DNA from: Xanthobacteraceae bacterium
GTDB lineage: Bacteria > Pseudomonadota > Alphaproteobacteria > Rhizobiales > Xanthobacteraceae
Assembly (NCBI GenBank): GCA_049796395.1
Contig: JBARER010000351.1
Location: 898 to 64,897 of the forward strand
Reading direction: 5' to 3'
DNA: 64,000 nucleotides
The notes beneath the pieces are model-generated. The model searched no databases. It was not told where the DNA came from and was given only the letters and a program-made list of their open reading frames with translations. Positions 29,669 through 38,707 of the stretch are shown piece after piece. The position numbers and the translations under genes are program-made. Position 1 is the stretch's first letter. Each line of letters starts with the position of its first letter.

Positions 29669-30913
29669 ATGCTCGAAGCCTTGTCAGGATGGACTAAAGA
29701 ACAAAAGCACGTCGTCGCCGCGACCTTTCTGGGCTGGACGCTCGACGCGTTCGACTTCTTCCTTATGGTGTTCGTGCTGAAAGACATCGCCCACGAGTTC
29801 AACACTCAGATCACCGACGTCACCATCGCGATCCTCCTGACCTTGGCAATGCGGCCGGTGGGTGCCTACATTTTTGGCCGCGCCGCCGACCGCTGGGGCC
29901 GCAGGCCGACTTTGATGGTCGACGTGCTGCTGTACTCGGCCATCGAATTTGCATCCGGATTCGCGCCGAACCTGATAACACTTCTTATCCTGCGCGCCGT
30001 CTTCGGCATCGCCATGGGCGGCGAATGGGGCGTCGGCGCTTCGCTCACCATGGAATCGATCCCGCCGAAAGCGCGCGGCTTCGTATCGGGATTGCTGCAA
30101 TCCGGCTATCCGACGGGCTATTTCCTCGCCTCGATCATTTACGGCCTGTTCTTTCAGTATATCGGCTGGCGCGGCATGTTCATGGTCGGCGTCATACCGG
30201 CATTGCTGGTGTTCTATATTCGTCGCAGCGTTCCAGAATCGCCGTCGTGGCGTCCGACGACGACACGCAGCAATACGCTTGCCGTCATTCGCTCGCATTG
30301 GCAGCTTGGCATCTATGCCGTGCTGTTGATGACGGCGTTCAACTTCTTCAGTCACGGCACCCAGGACCTTTATCCGACCTTCCTGCAGGTCCAGCACCAC
30401 ATGTCTGCGCATGAAACGAGCCTGATCGCGGTGATTTACAACATCGGGGCCATCGTCGGCGGACTGTCGTTCGGTTCGATGTCGGAACGGTTCGGCCGGC
30501 GGCGCATGATTATCATCGCGGCGGTGCTTTCGCTCTTCGTCCTGCCGCTGTGGGCCTTTGCCACGACGGCGATCTGGCTCGCGGTGGGCGCATTCCTGAT
30601 GCAGGTCACGGTGCAAGGCGCCTGGGGCGTCATTCCCGCGCACCTGAACGAATTGTCGCCCGACGACGCGCGCGGCACGTTTCCGGGCTTCGTCTACCAG
30701 CTCGGCAATCTCATCGCTTCGGTCAACGCCACGCTGCAAGCCGAAATTGCCACGCATTACGGCGGCAACTACGCGATCGCACTGGCGGCCGTCGCCGGCA
30801 CGGTTGCGGTGGCAATCGTGGTCCTCAGCGCCGTCGGCACCGAAGCGAAAGGCGTGGCATTCGGAAACGGCGGCCCCAGCGGCGGTCGCACCGCCCTAAA
30901 TCCCGCTATGTGA
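29669..30913 (+). CDS. MFS transporter (sialate/organic-acid:H+ symporter-like)
   Basis: 414 aa, 12 TM, with the MFS signature GRAADRWGRRP between TM2 and TM3. Confidence 0.85.
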   Translation: MLEALSGWTKEQKHVVAATFLGWTLDAFDFFLMVFVLKDIAHEFNTQITDVTIAILLTLAMRPVGAYIFGRAADRWGRRPTLMVDVLLYSAIEFASGFAPNLITLLILRAVFGIAMGGEWGVGASLTMESIPPKARGFVSGLLQSGYPTGYFLASIIYGLFFQYIGWRGMFMVGVIPALLVFYIRRSVPESPSWRPTTTRSNTLAVIRSHWQLGIYAVLLMTAFNFFSHGTQDLYPTFLQVQHHMSAHETSLIAVIYNIGAIVGGLSFGSMSERFGRRRMIIIAAVLSLFVLPLWAFATTAIWLAVGAFLMQVTVQGAWGVIPAHLNELSPDDARGTFPGFVYQLGNLIASVNATLQAEIATHYGGNYAIALAAVAGTVAVAIVVLSAVGTEAKGVAFGNGGPSGGRTALNPAM

Positions 30914-30984
30914 CGCGGTTGTCGCAAAAGTCCTATTGAACGGTCCGGCTGGCTTGTATCCTGTGGCCGGTTGGGACCGGGAGC

Positions 30985-32682
30985 ATGAACAGGAAAGACC
31001 CGCGCTACGTCGAGACGGCGCTGAGCGGCTATGAGCTGCTCAACGACCCGCTGCTCAATAAAGGCACCGCCTTCAGCGAAGACGAGCGCGATGCCTTCGA
31101 CCTGCATGGGCTCCTGCCGCCGCATGTCGCGGAGCTGGACTATCAGGTCAAACGCCGGCTCGATGCGTTCCGCGCTCTCGGCAGCGACATCCAGCGCTAC
31201 GTGTTTCTGCGCGGCCTGCAGGATACCAACGAAACCCTGTTCTACGCGCTGTTGACGCGAAATATCGAAGAGATGATGCCTGTCGTCTATACGCCGACGG
31301 TCGGCCTCGGCTGCGAGCTGTTCAGCCACATTTTCCGCAAGCCGCGCGGCCTGTTTTTGAGCCTTCCGCACAAGGAGCTCATTCGCCGTATCCTCGATCA
31401 TCCCCGCTTCGACGGCGTCGAAGCAATTGTCGTAAGCGACGGCGAACGCATTCTCGGCCTCGGCGACCAGGGCGCCGGCGGCATGGGCATTCCGATCGGC
31501 AAGCTGTCGCTCTACACGGGCTGCGCCGGCTTGCATCCCTCGACGACGTTGCCGATTCTCCTGGACGTCGGCACCGACAATGAGCAGCACCTTGCCGATC
31601 CGATTTATATCGGCTGGCAGCATGAGCGCGTCCGCGGCGCCGCGTACGACGACTTCATCGAGACTTTCGTGACCGCGGTTCGCGAGCGCTGGCCGCACGT
31701 ACTCCTGCACTGGGAGGATTTCGCGCTACGCAACGCCAACCGCCTACTGGCGCGCTATCGCGACAGCCTGTGCACCTTCAATGACGACATTCAGGGCACG
31801 GCGGCGATCGCCGTGGGCACGCTGTTGAGCGCCATCAACGTCACCGGCGTTGCATTGTGCGACCAGCGTATCGCCGTGCTTGGCGGCGGCTCCGCCGGCA
31901 CAGGCATCTGCGCGCTGCTCAAGCGCGCCATGGTCGAGGCCGGCTTGGGCGAGCGCGAGGCCCGCAGCCGCTTTTATATCGTCGACCGCCAAGGATTGCT
32001 GATCGAGGGCATGACTGATCTGCAATCGTTTCAAGCCCCGTTCGCGCAAAGCCGCGATGGTATCGCCGATTGGACACTCGAATCTTCCGGCTGGATCGGC
32101 ATTGCCGACGTCGTCGCCAATGCCCGGCCGACCGTTCTCATCGGCACCTCCGGCCAGCCCGGCGCATTTTCGCAAAGCGTGGTGCGCGCCATGGCGGAAA
32201 ATATGGACCGGCCGGTCATCTTTCCGCTGTCGAACCCGACGGACCGCGCCGAGGCTACTCCGCATGATCTCGACGCGTGGACGCAAGGACGCGCCGTCAT
32301 CGGCACCGGCAGTCCATTTCCGCCGCTCATGCGGAATGGCAAGAGCTTCCGCGTCGATCAGACCAATAACGCCTACGTCTATCCGGGCATCGGGCTTGGC
32401 GTCATCGCCGCCGACGCGCGGCGAATTTCTGACGGCATGTTCCTCGCCGCCGCCAGAACCATCGCGGAATTTTCGCCGGCGGCGCAAGATGTGAATGCCA
32501 ATCTCTTGCCGCCGCTAGTCGACATCCGCCAGCTCTCGTTTCGCGTGGCGCTCGCTGTCGCGAAACAGGCACAGGCCGAGGGTCTCGCCGATCACTTGCC
32601 GGACGAAATCCTCGCCGGTGCAGTGCGCAACAAAATGTGGGAGCCGCTCTATGCCCGCTATCGGCGGCTCTCCAACGCTTGA
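30985..32682 (+). CDS. maeA: NAD-dependent malic enzyme
   Basis: 565 aa. GYELLNDPLLNKGTAFSEDER, VYTPTVG, VVSDGERILGLGDQGAGGMGIPIGKL and FNDDIQGTAA are malic-enzyme signatures. Confidence 0.92.
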   Translation: MNRKDPRYVETALSGYELLNDPLLNKGTAFSEDERDAFDLHGLLPPHVAELDYQVKRRLDAFRALGSDIQRYVFLRGLQDTNETLFYALLTRNIEEMMPVVYTPTVGLGCELFSHIFRKPRGLFLSLPHKELIRRILDHPRFDGVEAIVVSDGERILGLGDQGAGGMGIPIGKLSLYTGCAGLHPSTTLPILLDVGTDNEQHLADPIYIGWQHERVRGAAYDDFIETFVTAVRERWPHVLLHWEDFALRNANRLLARYRDSLCTFNDDIQGTAAIAVGTLLSAINVTGVALCDQRIAVLGGGSAGTGICALLKRAMVEAGLGEREARSRFYIVDRQGLLIEGMTDLQSFQAPFAQSRDGIADWTLESSGWIGIADVVANARPTVLIGTSGQPGAFSQSVVRAMAENMDRPVIFPLSNPTDRAEATPHDLDAWTQGRAVIGTGSPFPPLMRNGKSFRVDQTNNAYVYPGIGLGVIAADARRISDGMFLAAARTIAEFSPAAQDVNANLLPPLVDIRQLSFRVALAVAKQAQAEGLADHLPDEILAGAVRNKMWEPLYARYRRLSNA

Positions 32683-32843
32683 GCAATACGGCGGAAATCC
32701 CACGAAAAATGCGAAGTTGAGGATTTCGACGCGAAGACCGTGCTCCAGTTTAGAATTAGAAGAATTATCTTCGGCGACCAAGATGCATTTTTCGCTTGGC
32801 GCACGAATTTAAGCTTGCTAGCAAATTATTGAAATATCTATAG

Positions 32844-32860
32844 TTTTTTATGGTTCTAAA
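32844..32860 (+). promoter_or_regulatory. possible Irr/ICE-like iron-control half-site region upstream of the TonB-dependent receptor
   Basis: TTTTTTATGGTTCTAAA matches the remembered Bradyrhizobium ICE consensus TTTAGAA-N3-TTCTAAA at 11 of 14 specified positions, with a perfect right half. A perfect left half, TTTAGAA, lies at 32749-32755. The region is conspicuously AT-rich. Confidence 0.25.
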
Positions 32861-32862
32861 CT

Positions 32863-35271
32863 GTGTCCAGCCGCTTCCCGACGCCGCAATTTTTCAATGC
32901 GCGAATCTCGCGGCGCGAACGCAGGTTCCGCCATGAGGCGGCGATCTGCGCAGTCGCCGTCGCGATCGGCTTGACCAGTGTCCATAAAGTCTATGCGCAA
33001 GCGCAACAGCCGTCGACCTCGCAGGATCAAGAAGCTCCGGCGCAGCAGGTAACGCCGCAATCGTCCGCGACCGCACCCCCCGCCGCGACGGCCGCAGCGC
33101 CAATTGCACCCGCCGCTCGTCGAACCCAGTTGCCGCAAATCACGGTCAACGCACCGAAACAAAAGCCAAAGACGGTACAACGGCGCACGCCGCAAGCGCC
33201 CCCGACTGTTGCGGCAACAATTAATCCGACGACGGCCGCCGAAAGAGCGCTCGACGCCAAGATGACCGGGCTCGATCAGGCCCGCAACAATCTGCTGCCC
33301 ACTATCGGCGCTTCGGCCTCGACCATCAGCCGCAGCGCGATCGAGAGATTGCCGCAAGGCGACAATACGCCGATCGACAAAGTTATCCTCCAACTGCCGG
33401 GCGTGTCCTACGATTCGGCAGTCTCCAATCCTTCTTTCCATGTCCGCGGCGAATACGCCAACGTGCAAATCCGGATCAACGGCGTCGTCTTGCCCGAGGG
33501 CGTTTCGGCTCTCGGTCCGTTCCTCGACACCAATTTCATCGGCAACATGTCGCTTCTGACCGGTTCGTTGCCGGCCGAATACGGCTTGCGCACCGCCGGC
33601 GTTCTCGACATCACCAGCCGGGCCTTTGCCGCACCAAGCGGCGAAGTCGGCCTCTATGGCGGCAGCCGGCAGACGTTCACGCCTAGCTTCGATTATGGCA
33701 GAGGAGTCGGCAACTCGGAGTATTTTGTCTCGGCGCGCGGCAATTGGAACGGCCTTGGCCTGGAAAATCCAACGCCGGGTTTAAACGCGATCCATGACGA
33801 AACCCAGCAAGGCCAGTTCTTCGGTTATGCCTCGACGCTACTCGACGAATCGACTCGGTTCAGCGTGATCTCGGCGGCATCCTACAGCGCGTTCCAAATT
33901 CCGAACACTCCCGGCCAGACGCCGCTGGGCGATTTTGGCCCCGCAACTTTGGATTCAACGGCGATCAACGAAAACGAATACGACTCCTACTACATGACAA
34001 TGGCGTCGCTACAAAAACACGGCACCGATGGCGATGCGCAACTCGCCGTCTATTCGCGCTACGCCGAAGTTCACTTCGTCCCAGACATATTAAACGACTT
34101 GGCATTCAACGACGTCGCCTCCGACGTCATACGGCAAAGCACGCTGACCGGCATGCAGGGCGATGGGTCGTATATCGTTAACGATCAACACACGCTGCGG
34201 GCCGGATTCGCGGTGACTGGCGAGCAAACCAACGTCACCAACGCGTCGACGGTGCTGCCTCTTGATGCCATGGGCAACCCACTGCCGACCCCGGAAGCAA
34301 TCACCGATCAAGCCTCGCTGCTCGGCTGGAATATCGGCACTTACATTCAGGACGAATGGAAGCTGACGAACCAATTGACGGTGAATATGGGCCTGCGCTT
34401 CGATCAACTATATCAGTTTGTCGATGCCAACCAGTTCAGCCCCCGTTTCGCCATCGTCTATAAGCCATTCGAAGGCACCACCATTCATGCCGGCTACGCG
34501 CGCTATTTCACGCCGCCGTACCAAGCACAAGCCACACAATCGAATATCGCTCTGTTCGCCAACACCACCAATCAACCGGATATTCCGATTGCCGATCCGG
34601 TCAAGCCTGAGCGCTCGAACTATTTCGATGCCGGCATCGATCAAACGGTGCTGCCCGGTCTCACCATTGGACTGGACGCGTATTACAAGGAAGCGAAGGA
34701 CATGCTCGACGACGGCCAGTTCGGCTCGGCCCTCGTGCTGACGCAATTCAATTATGCCCGCGGCTACAGCGAAGGCGCTGAATTTAAGCTCAAATATCAA
34801 GAAGGCAATTTCAACGCCTACGCCAACTTCGCCTACAATATAACAAGAGCGATCGACGTGGAATCAAACCAATACCTTATCGATATGGCCGATTACGAGT
34901 ATCTGCTCCACAATTATCACTACACCGACGACATGCAGCGAACGACCGGCTCGGCCGGTGTATCGTATCGCATCTACGATACGACGCTGACCGCGGACAT
35001 GATTTACGGCGGCGGCCTGCGCACCGGCGACCTCGAAGATAACGGCGTCCCGCCCAATTCGGAGCACACGACGCCCTATGCGGTCATCAACACCGGCATC
35101 GCACACGACTTCAAATGGTCGCCAGACTACAAACCGCTTACTGTGCGCTTCGACGTCGTCAACCTGTTCGATCAGATCTATGAACTGCGCACTGGTTCCG
35201 GCATCGGGGAGTTCGCTCCGCAATACGGCGCGCGCCGCGGCTACTATGTCGGGCTATCGCAAAAATTATGA
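32863..35271 (+). CDS. TonB-dependent outer membrane receptor
   Basis: 802 aa with a signal peptide ending VYA-QA and a Pro/Ala/Gln-rich linker. Plug domain motifs are present (IDKVILQLPGV..., RGEYANVQIRINGV, LP.EYG). It ends in the terminal aromatic typical of TBDRs (GLSQKL region after a beta-barrel). The GTG start is tentative. Confidence 0.85.
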   Translation: MSSRFPTPQFFNARISRRERRFRHEAAICAVAVAIGLTSVHKVYAQAQQPSTSQDQEAPAQQVTPQSSATAPPAATAAAPIAPAARRTQLPQITVNAPKQKPKTVQRRTPQAPPTVAATINPTTAAERALDAKMTGLDQARNNLLPTIGASASTISRSAIERLPQGDNTPIDKVILQLPGVSYDSAVSNPSFHVRGEYANVQIRINGVVLPEGVSALGPFLDTNFIGNMSLLTGSLPAEYGLRTAGVLDITSRAFAAPSGEVGLYGGSRQTFTPSFDYGRGVGNSEYFVSARGNWNGLGLENPTPGLNAIHDETQQGQFFGYASTLLDESTRFSVISAASYSAFQIPNTPGQTPLGDFGPATLDSTAINENEYDSYYMTMASLQKHGTDGDAQLAVYSRYAEVHFVPDILNDLAFNDVASDVIRQSTLTGMQGDGSYIVNDQHTLRAGFAVTGEQTNVTNASTVLPLDAMGNPLPTPEAITDQASLLGWNIGTYIQDEWKLTNQLTVNMGLRFDQLYQFVDANQFSPRFAIVYKPFEGTTIHAGYARYFTPPYQAQATQSNIALFANTTNQPDIPIADPVKPERSNYFDAGIDQTVLPGLTIGLDAYYKEAKDMLDDGQFGSALVLTQFNYARGYSEGAEFKLKYQEGNFNAYANFAYNITRAIDVESNQYLIDMADYEYLLHNYHYTDDMQRTTGSAGVSYRIYDTTLTADMIYGGGLRTGDLEDNGVPPNSEHTTPYAVINTGIAHDFKWSPDYKPLTVRFDVVNLFDQIYELRTGSGIGEFAPQYGARRGYYVGLSQKL

Positions 35272-35482
35272 CTTCCGAAACTGATGGGCGTTGATTCGGC
35301 GACAACAATCGAAAGGCCGCCGGTGCCTCGTCCTGGCTTCGTTGCCCCGGGTGGCGCGGCGACCGCTGCCTGCAAACCAGGATAAAGATCGGGCGGTTCG
35401 CCGAACCGCCGAGTTAGAACAAAATTTACCATACCGGAGGACGATCCCGGCCGACCTGATTGGACAGGCCGGGACCTCCCTC

Positions 35483-36649
35483 ATGCCGACATTTGCGCCG
35501 ACTACCGCTGCCGAAAAAGCCATCGCTCTGGGCGATCCGGTCCCATGGTTCGGCGCGCCGCTCGTCGGCGACGGCGCCTTTAATCTTTCAGTCGCAGCCG
35601 GCCGCTGGATCGTGCTGAGTTTTCTCGGCTCGCCGGAAAACCCGCGAGTTGAGCGCGAACTGACCCAGCTTCTCGCCGACATGCAAATTTTCGACGAGGA
35701 CAAGGTCATATTCTGCGGCCTCTTTACCGCGCCGCCCGCCGATGCGACGCCCTATATCGCGATGAGCGGCCCGGCGATTTCGTTTCTTGCCGATTATGAC
35801 GGCGCCATCAGTCGTCAGTTCGGCGCAGCGACGATGCCGCGCACGATCGTGCTGGACCCGATGTTGCGCGCGGTCGCCGACATTGCATGGGATCACCCCG
35901 GCGGCCATGCAGCGACCGTGCGCGCAGTTTTACAGGGCCTACCCACCATCGACGATTCCGCCGGCGTGCCGCTCACGGCGCCGGCGCTGATCGTGCCGCG
36001 GGTCTTCGACTTCGAACTCTGCGATTTTCTTATCAAGGTCTATGACAAGCTTGGCGGCAAAGACTCGGGCTTTCTGTTGGACAATAACGGCACCACGTCC
36101 ACCATGATCGACTACCGGCTGAAGCGGCGCAATGACCTCAGCATCCTGGTGCCCGAAGTGCGCGACCAGATCCGAGGTCAAATCGTGCGGCGTCTGGTTC
36201 CGGCAATCGACCGGTTCTTCCAATTTTCGCCGACGCGGATGGATCGCTATATCGTGGCCTCTTACGACAGTGCCATTGGCGGGCATTTCCATCGCCACCG
36301 CGACAACATCAATATCGGCGCGCAGCATCGCCGCTTTGCCGTCACCATCAATCTCAACAAGGACTATGACGGCTGCGATCTCGTGTTTCCCGAATTCGGC
36401 CGGCGCACTTATCGCGCACCGGCGGGCGGGGCGATTGTGTTCTCCTGCGGGGCGCTGCATCAGGTGACGCCGGTGACGCGCGGCACACGCTATGCCTTCC
36501 TTGCCTTTCTTTACGGGGAAGCCGATGCGGCCCTGCGCGAGAAAAACGATTCGAAAATCGTGCAAAGCGAATTCCGCTACAGCGGGGCCATGTCTGACCG
36601 GCTGTTTCCGGAGCATGCGGCGGCCCCGCTCGAGCGCCGCGCCGGCTGA
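35483..36649 (+). CDS. fusion protein: Cys-less redoxin (AhpC/TSA)-like N-domain plus 2OG-Fe(II) oxygenase (PKHD/prolyl-hydroxylase-type) C-domain
   Basis: The C-domain has HxD (HRHRD), a distal His (ALHQV) and RGTRYAF. The N-domain follows peroxiredoxin motif spacing (RWIVLSFLGSPENPRVEREL ... ISFLADYDGAISRQFG ... PRTIVLDP) but has no Cys at the peroxidatic position. ATG at 35483. Confidence 0.7.
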   Translation: MPTFAPTTAAEKAIALGDPVPWFGAPLVGDGAFNLSVAAGRWIVLSFLGSPENPRVERELTQLLADMQIFDEDKVIFCGLFTAPPADATPYIAMSGPAISFLADYDGAISRQFGAATMPRTIVLDPMLRAVADIAWDHPGGHAATVRAVLQGLPTIDDSAGVPLTAPALIVPRVFDFELCDFLIKVYDKLGGKDSGFLLDNNGTTSTMIDYRLKRRNDLSILVPEVRDQIRGQIVRRLVPAIDRFFQFSPTRMDRYIVASYDSAIGGHFHRHRDNINIGAQHRRFAVTINLNKDYDGCDLVFPEFGRRTYRAPAGGAIVFSCGALHQVTPVTRGTRYAFLAFLYGEADAALREKNDSKIVQSEFRYSGAMSDRLFPEHAAAPLERRAG

Positions 36650-36707
36650 AACTGGGCTGGCATCGCCGGCTTGTCATCGGCCAATTCCCAGGTAATATTC
36701 CATCAAT

Positions 36708-36756
36708 GGGGATGGGGTCCCCCTTATAACCGCCGATGAGGCTGATGACTCCTACC
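36708..36756 (+). promoter_or_regulatory. fluoride riboswitch aptamer (crcB RNA motif)
   Basis: GGGGAUGGGGUCCCCCUUAUAACCGCCGAUGAGGCUGAUGACUCCUACC reproduces the crcB-motif architecture. The parts are P1 GGGG/CCCC, conserved GAUG, the AAC junction, P3 GCC/GGC, conserved CUGAUGA, and the pseudoknot GGGGUC:GACUCC. It compares well with the T. petrophila aptamer GGGCGAUGAGGCCCGCCCAAACUGCCCUGAAAAGGGCUGAUGGCCUCUACUG. It sits upstream of crcB. Confidence 0.85.
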
Positions 36757-36792
36757 AGGCGCGTTGGCGTCGGTAGGAGCTTGCTTTTCTTC
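36749..36792 (+). terminator. riboswitch expression-platform terminator
   Basis: CTCCTACC (36749-36756) pairs with GGTAGGAG (36772-36779) and is followed by CTTGCTTTTCTT. The 5' arm overlaps the aptamer's 3' pseudoknot strand, so the aptamer and terminator folds are mutually exclusive (ON-switch logic). Confidence 0.7.
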
Positions 36793-36894
36793 CGCCGCCA
36801 CAAGCCAGTTTTGTGCCGTCCGCAACACGCAAACGCGTCGTTGCGCGCGATACGACCACGTTGCGGGTCACACCCGTAGAACTGGAGGACTTGA

Positions 36895-37269
36895 ATGGGC
36901 TTTTTGATTGTTTTTCTCGGCGGCGGCCTCGGTGCCGCACTCCGGCACGGCGTCAACCTTGCGGCCGCCCGCGTCGTCGGCGGAGGATTTCCCTTCGGCA
37001 CGATGGCGATTAACGTGCTCGGCTCTTTTTTGATGGGCTTGCTTGTCGAATATTTCGCGCTGCGCCGCGGTCTGCCGCAACACTGGCGGCTGTTTCTAAC
37101 GACGGGCATGCTCGGTGGCTTCACCACCTTCTCGGCATTCTCGCTGGAGGCGGCGCTCCTCTACGAGCGCGGTGCGATCGCCAGCGCGGCGGCCTATGTC
37201 GGCGGTTCAGTCGTTCTAGCGATCGCTGCGCTCTTTGCCGGGCTGGCGATTGTCCGTATGCTCGGCTGA
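36895..37269 (+). CDS. crcB: fluoride efflux channel CrcB/FluC
   Basis: 124 aa, 4 TM, with GGGLGAALR, GT..IN..GSF..G and GG.TTFS.F motifs. Confidence 0.92.
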   Translation: MGFLIVFLGGGLGAALRHGVNLAAARVVGGGFPFGTMAINVLGSFLMGLLVEYFALRRGLPQHWRLFLTTGMLGGFTTFSAFSLEAALLYERGAIASAAAYVGGSVVLAIAALFAGLAIVRMLG

Positions 37270-37296
37270 CCGAATAATAAAAGGGGAGACGCCGCG

Positions 37297-38106
37297 ATGG
37301 ACCTGGGGATGACCGGCAAGACAGCACTCGTCACCGGCGCAAGCGAAGGCATCGGCAAAGCGATTGCGCGCGCTTTGGCCCATGAAGGCGTCGATGTCGC
37401 GGTTTGCGCCCGCCGTAAAGGCCCGCTGGAAGAAACCGCCGCCGAGATCGCCAAGGAGTCCGGCCGCAAGATCGTGGCCATTCCGGCCGATCTCACCAAG
37501 CCGGACGACGCGGCGAATTTCGTCCAGCAGGCGCACGCCGCCTTGGGCCGGATCGATATCCTGGTCAACAATGCCGGTTCGTCACCGGGCGGTGTGCTCG
37601 ATCACTTGAGCGAGGCGGATTGGGCGCAGTCGTTGCAGCTCAAATTCATGGGCTATGTGCGCTGCATGAAGCATGTGCTGCCGATCATGCAGAAGCAGAA
37701 GAAGGGCCGCGTGGTCAACCTGATCGGCAACGACGGCGTCAAGGTCTCCTATTGGGAGATTGCGCCGGGCGCCGCCAATGCCGCAGGGCAGAACTTGACC
37801 AAATCGCTGGCCAGCCAATACGGCAAGGACAATATCAGCTTCGTCGTGGTCAATCCCGGGCCGGTGCGCACCGAACGCTGGGCCGGGTTGGTCAAGGCGA
37901 TGGCGCGTGACATGAAGCTTTCGTACGAGGAAGCTGACAAGCTGGCGCCGGCCTCTATTCCGCTCGGCCGCATCGCCGAATGCGAGGAGGTCGCCAATCT
38001 GGTCACCTTTCTCGCATCCGACCTCGCCTTCTTCGTCAACGGCACCATGGTCGAGATCGACGGCGGCCAAGACAAGGTGCTGATGGACCGCATGCGCGAT
38101 CGCTGA
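37297..38106 (+). CDS. SDR-family oxidoreductase
   Basis: TGASEGIGKAIA cofactor motif, NNAG, and classical SDR length (269 aa). SD AGGGGAG upstream of the ATG at 37297. Confidence 0.88.
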   Translation: MDLGMTGKTALVTGASEGIGKAIARALAHEGVDVAVCARRKGPLEETAAEIAKESGRKIVAIPADLTKPDDAANFVQQAHAALGRIDILVNNAGSSPGGVLDHLSEADWAQSLQLKFMGYVRCMKHVLPIMQKQKKGRVVNLIGNDGVKVSYWEIAPGAANAAGQNLTKSLASQYGKDNISFVVVNPGPVRTERWAGLVKAMARDMKLSYEEADKLAPASIPLGRIAECEEVANLVTFLASDLAFFVNGTMVEIDGGQDKVLMDRMRDR

Positions 38107-38140
38107 TCGCCACCCTTTTCCTCCACGATCTCAAATAACG

Positions 38141-38190
38141 ACGGCCTCTTTTCCTTCTCCCCCTGCCCTTGTGGGAGAGGAATGCCGCCC
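38141..38190. repeat. REP-like GC-rich palindromic intergenic element
   Basis: TTCCTTCTCCCcctgcccttgtGGGAGAGGAA is an imperfect hairpin of the CTCCCC...TGTGGGAGAGG type common in intergenic regions of related genomes. It lies just after the SDR stop. Confidence 0.4.
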
Positions 38191-38243
38191 CGCGTTTCGC
38201 CGCACTGTCGTTTATTGAGAGGCCGCTATTTCTTTGCAGCCGA

Positions 38244-38273
38244 TGATCCAGCCGCAGAAGCCAAACGTAGCAT
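38244..38273 (+). promoter_or_regulatory. candidate RpoE(ChrR)-type ECF promoter upstream of the DUF2177 gene
   Basis: TGATCC (38244-38249), then 18 nt, then TAGCAT. The architecture is the same as the two motifs in the rpoE divergent region. The -10-like element is 33 nt upstream of the ATG at 38306. Confidence 0.5.
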
Positions 38274-38305
38274 TTGGCCATTGCGCAGCAGGATTGAGGC
38301 CGCTC

Positions 38306-38707
38306 ATGACCTATTTTGCCGCTTATATTTCGATTCTTGTCGTGTTCGGAGCCATCGATGCGGGATGGCTGCGGATCATGGGCCACATCCTATATCGCCC
38401 GGTACTGGGTGATATCCTGCTGCCGGATCTCCGGCTGGCGCCGGCAATCGCGTTCTATCTGCTCTACCCCATCGGCATATTGGTGTTCTCGGTCATTCCC
38501 GCATTGCGCTCCGGATCGGCTTTCAACGCATTTTTGTACGCGGTTTTATTTGGAGCGCTCGCTTACGCTACCTATGATCTGACCAATTACGCGACTTTGC
38601 GAAACTGGACATTACAGATCACCATCATCGACATCTGCTACGGCGCGCTGGCCGCTGGCATCGCAGCGGCGGCGGCCTATCTTGTGGCCCACGCCTTTTC
38701 GCCCTGA
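38306..38707 (+). CDS. DUF2177-family integral membrane protein
   Basis: About 133 aa, 4 TM (MTYFAAYISILVVFGAIDAGWL...YATYDLTNYATLRNW). ATG at 38306 lies downstream of the promoter-like motif. The ORF-track start at 38234 lies upstream of the motif. Confidence 0.7.
   Translation: MTYFAAYISILVVFGAIDAGWLRIMGHILYRPVLGDILLPDLRLAPAIAFYLLYPIGILVFSVIPALRSGSAFNAFLYAVLFGALAYATYDLTNYATLRNWTLQITIIDICYGALAAGIAAAAAYLVAHAFSP

Noticed and set aside
32683-32862. Possible cobalamin or other riboswitch upstream of the TonB-dependent receptor
   Set aside because: No B12-box-like sequence (GCCACTG type) or conserved multi-stem GC-rich structure is present. The region is AT-rich and looks like promoter/operator DNA instead.
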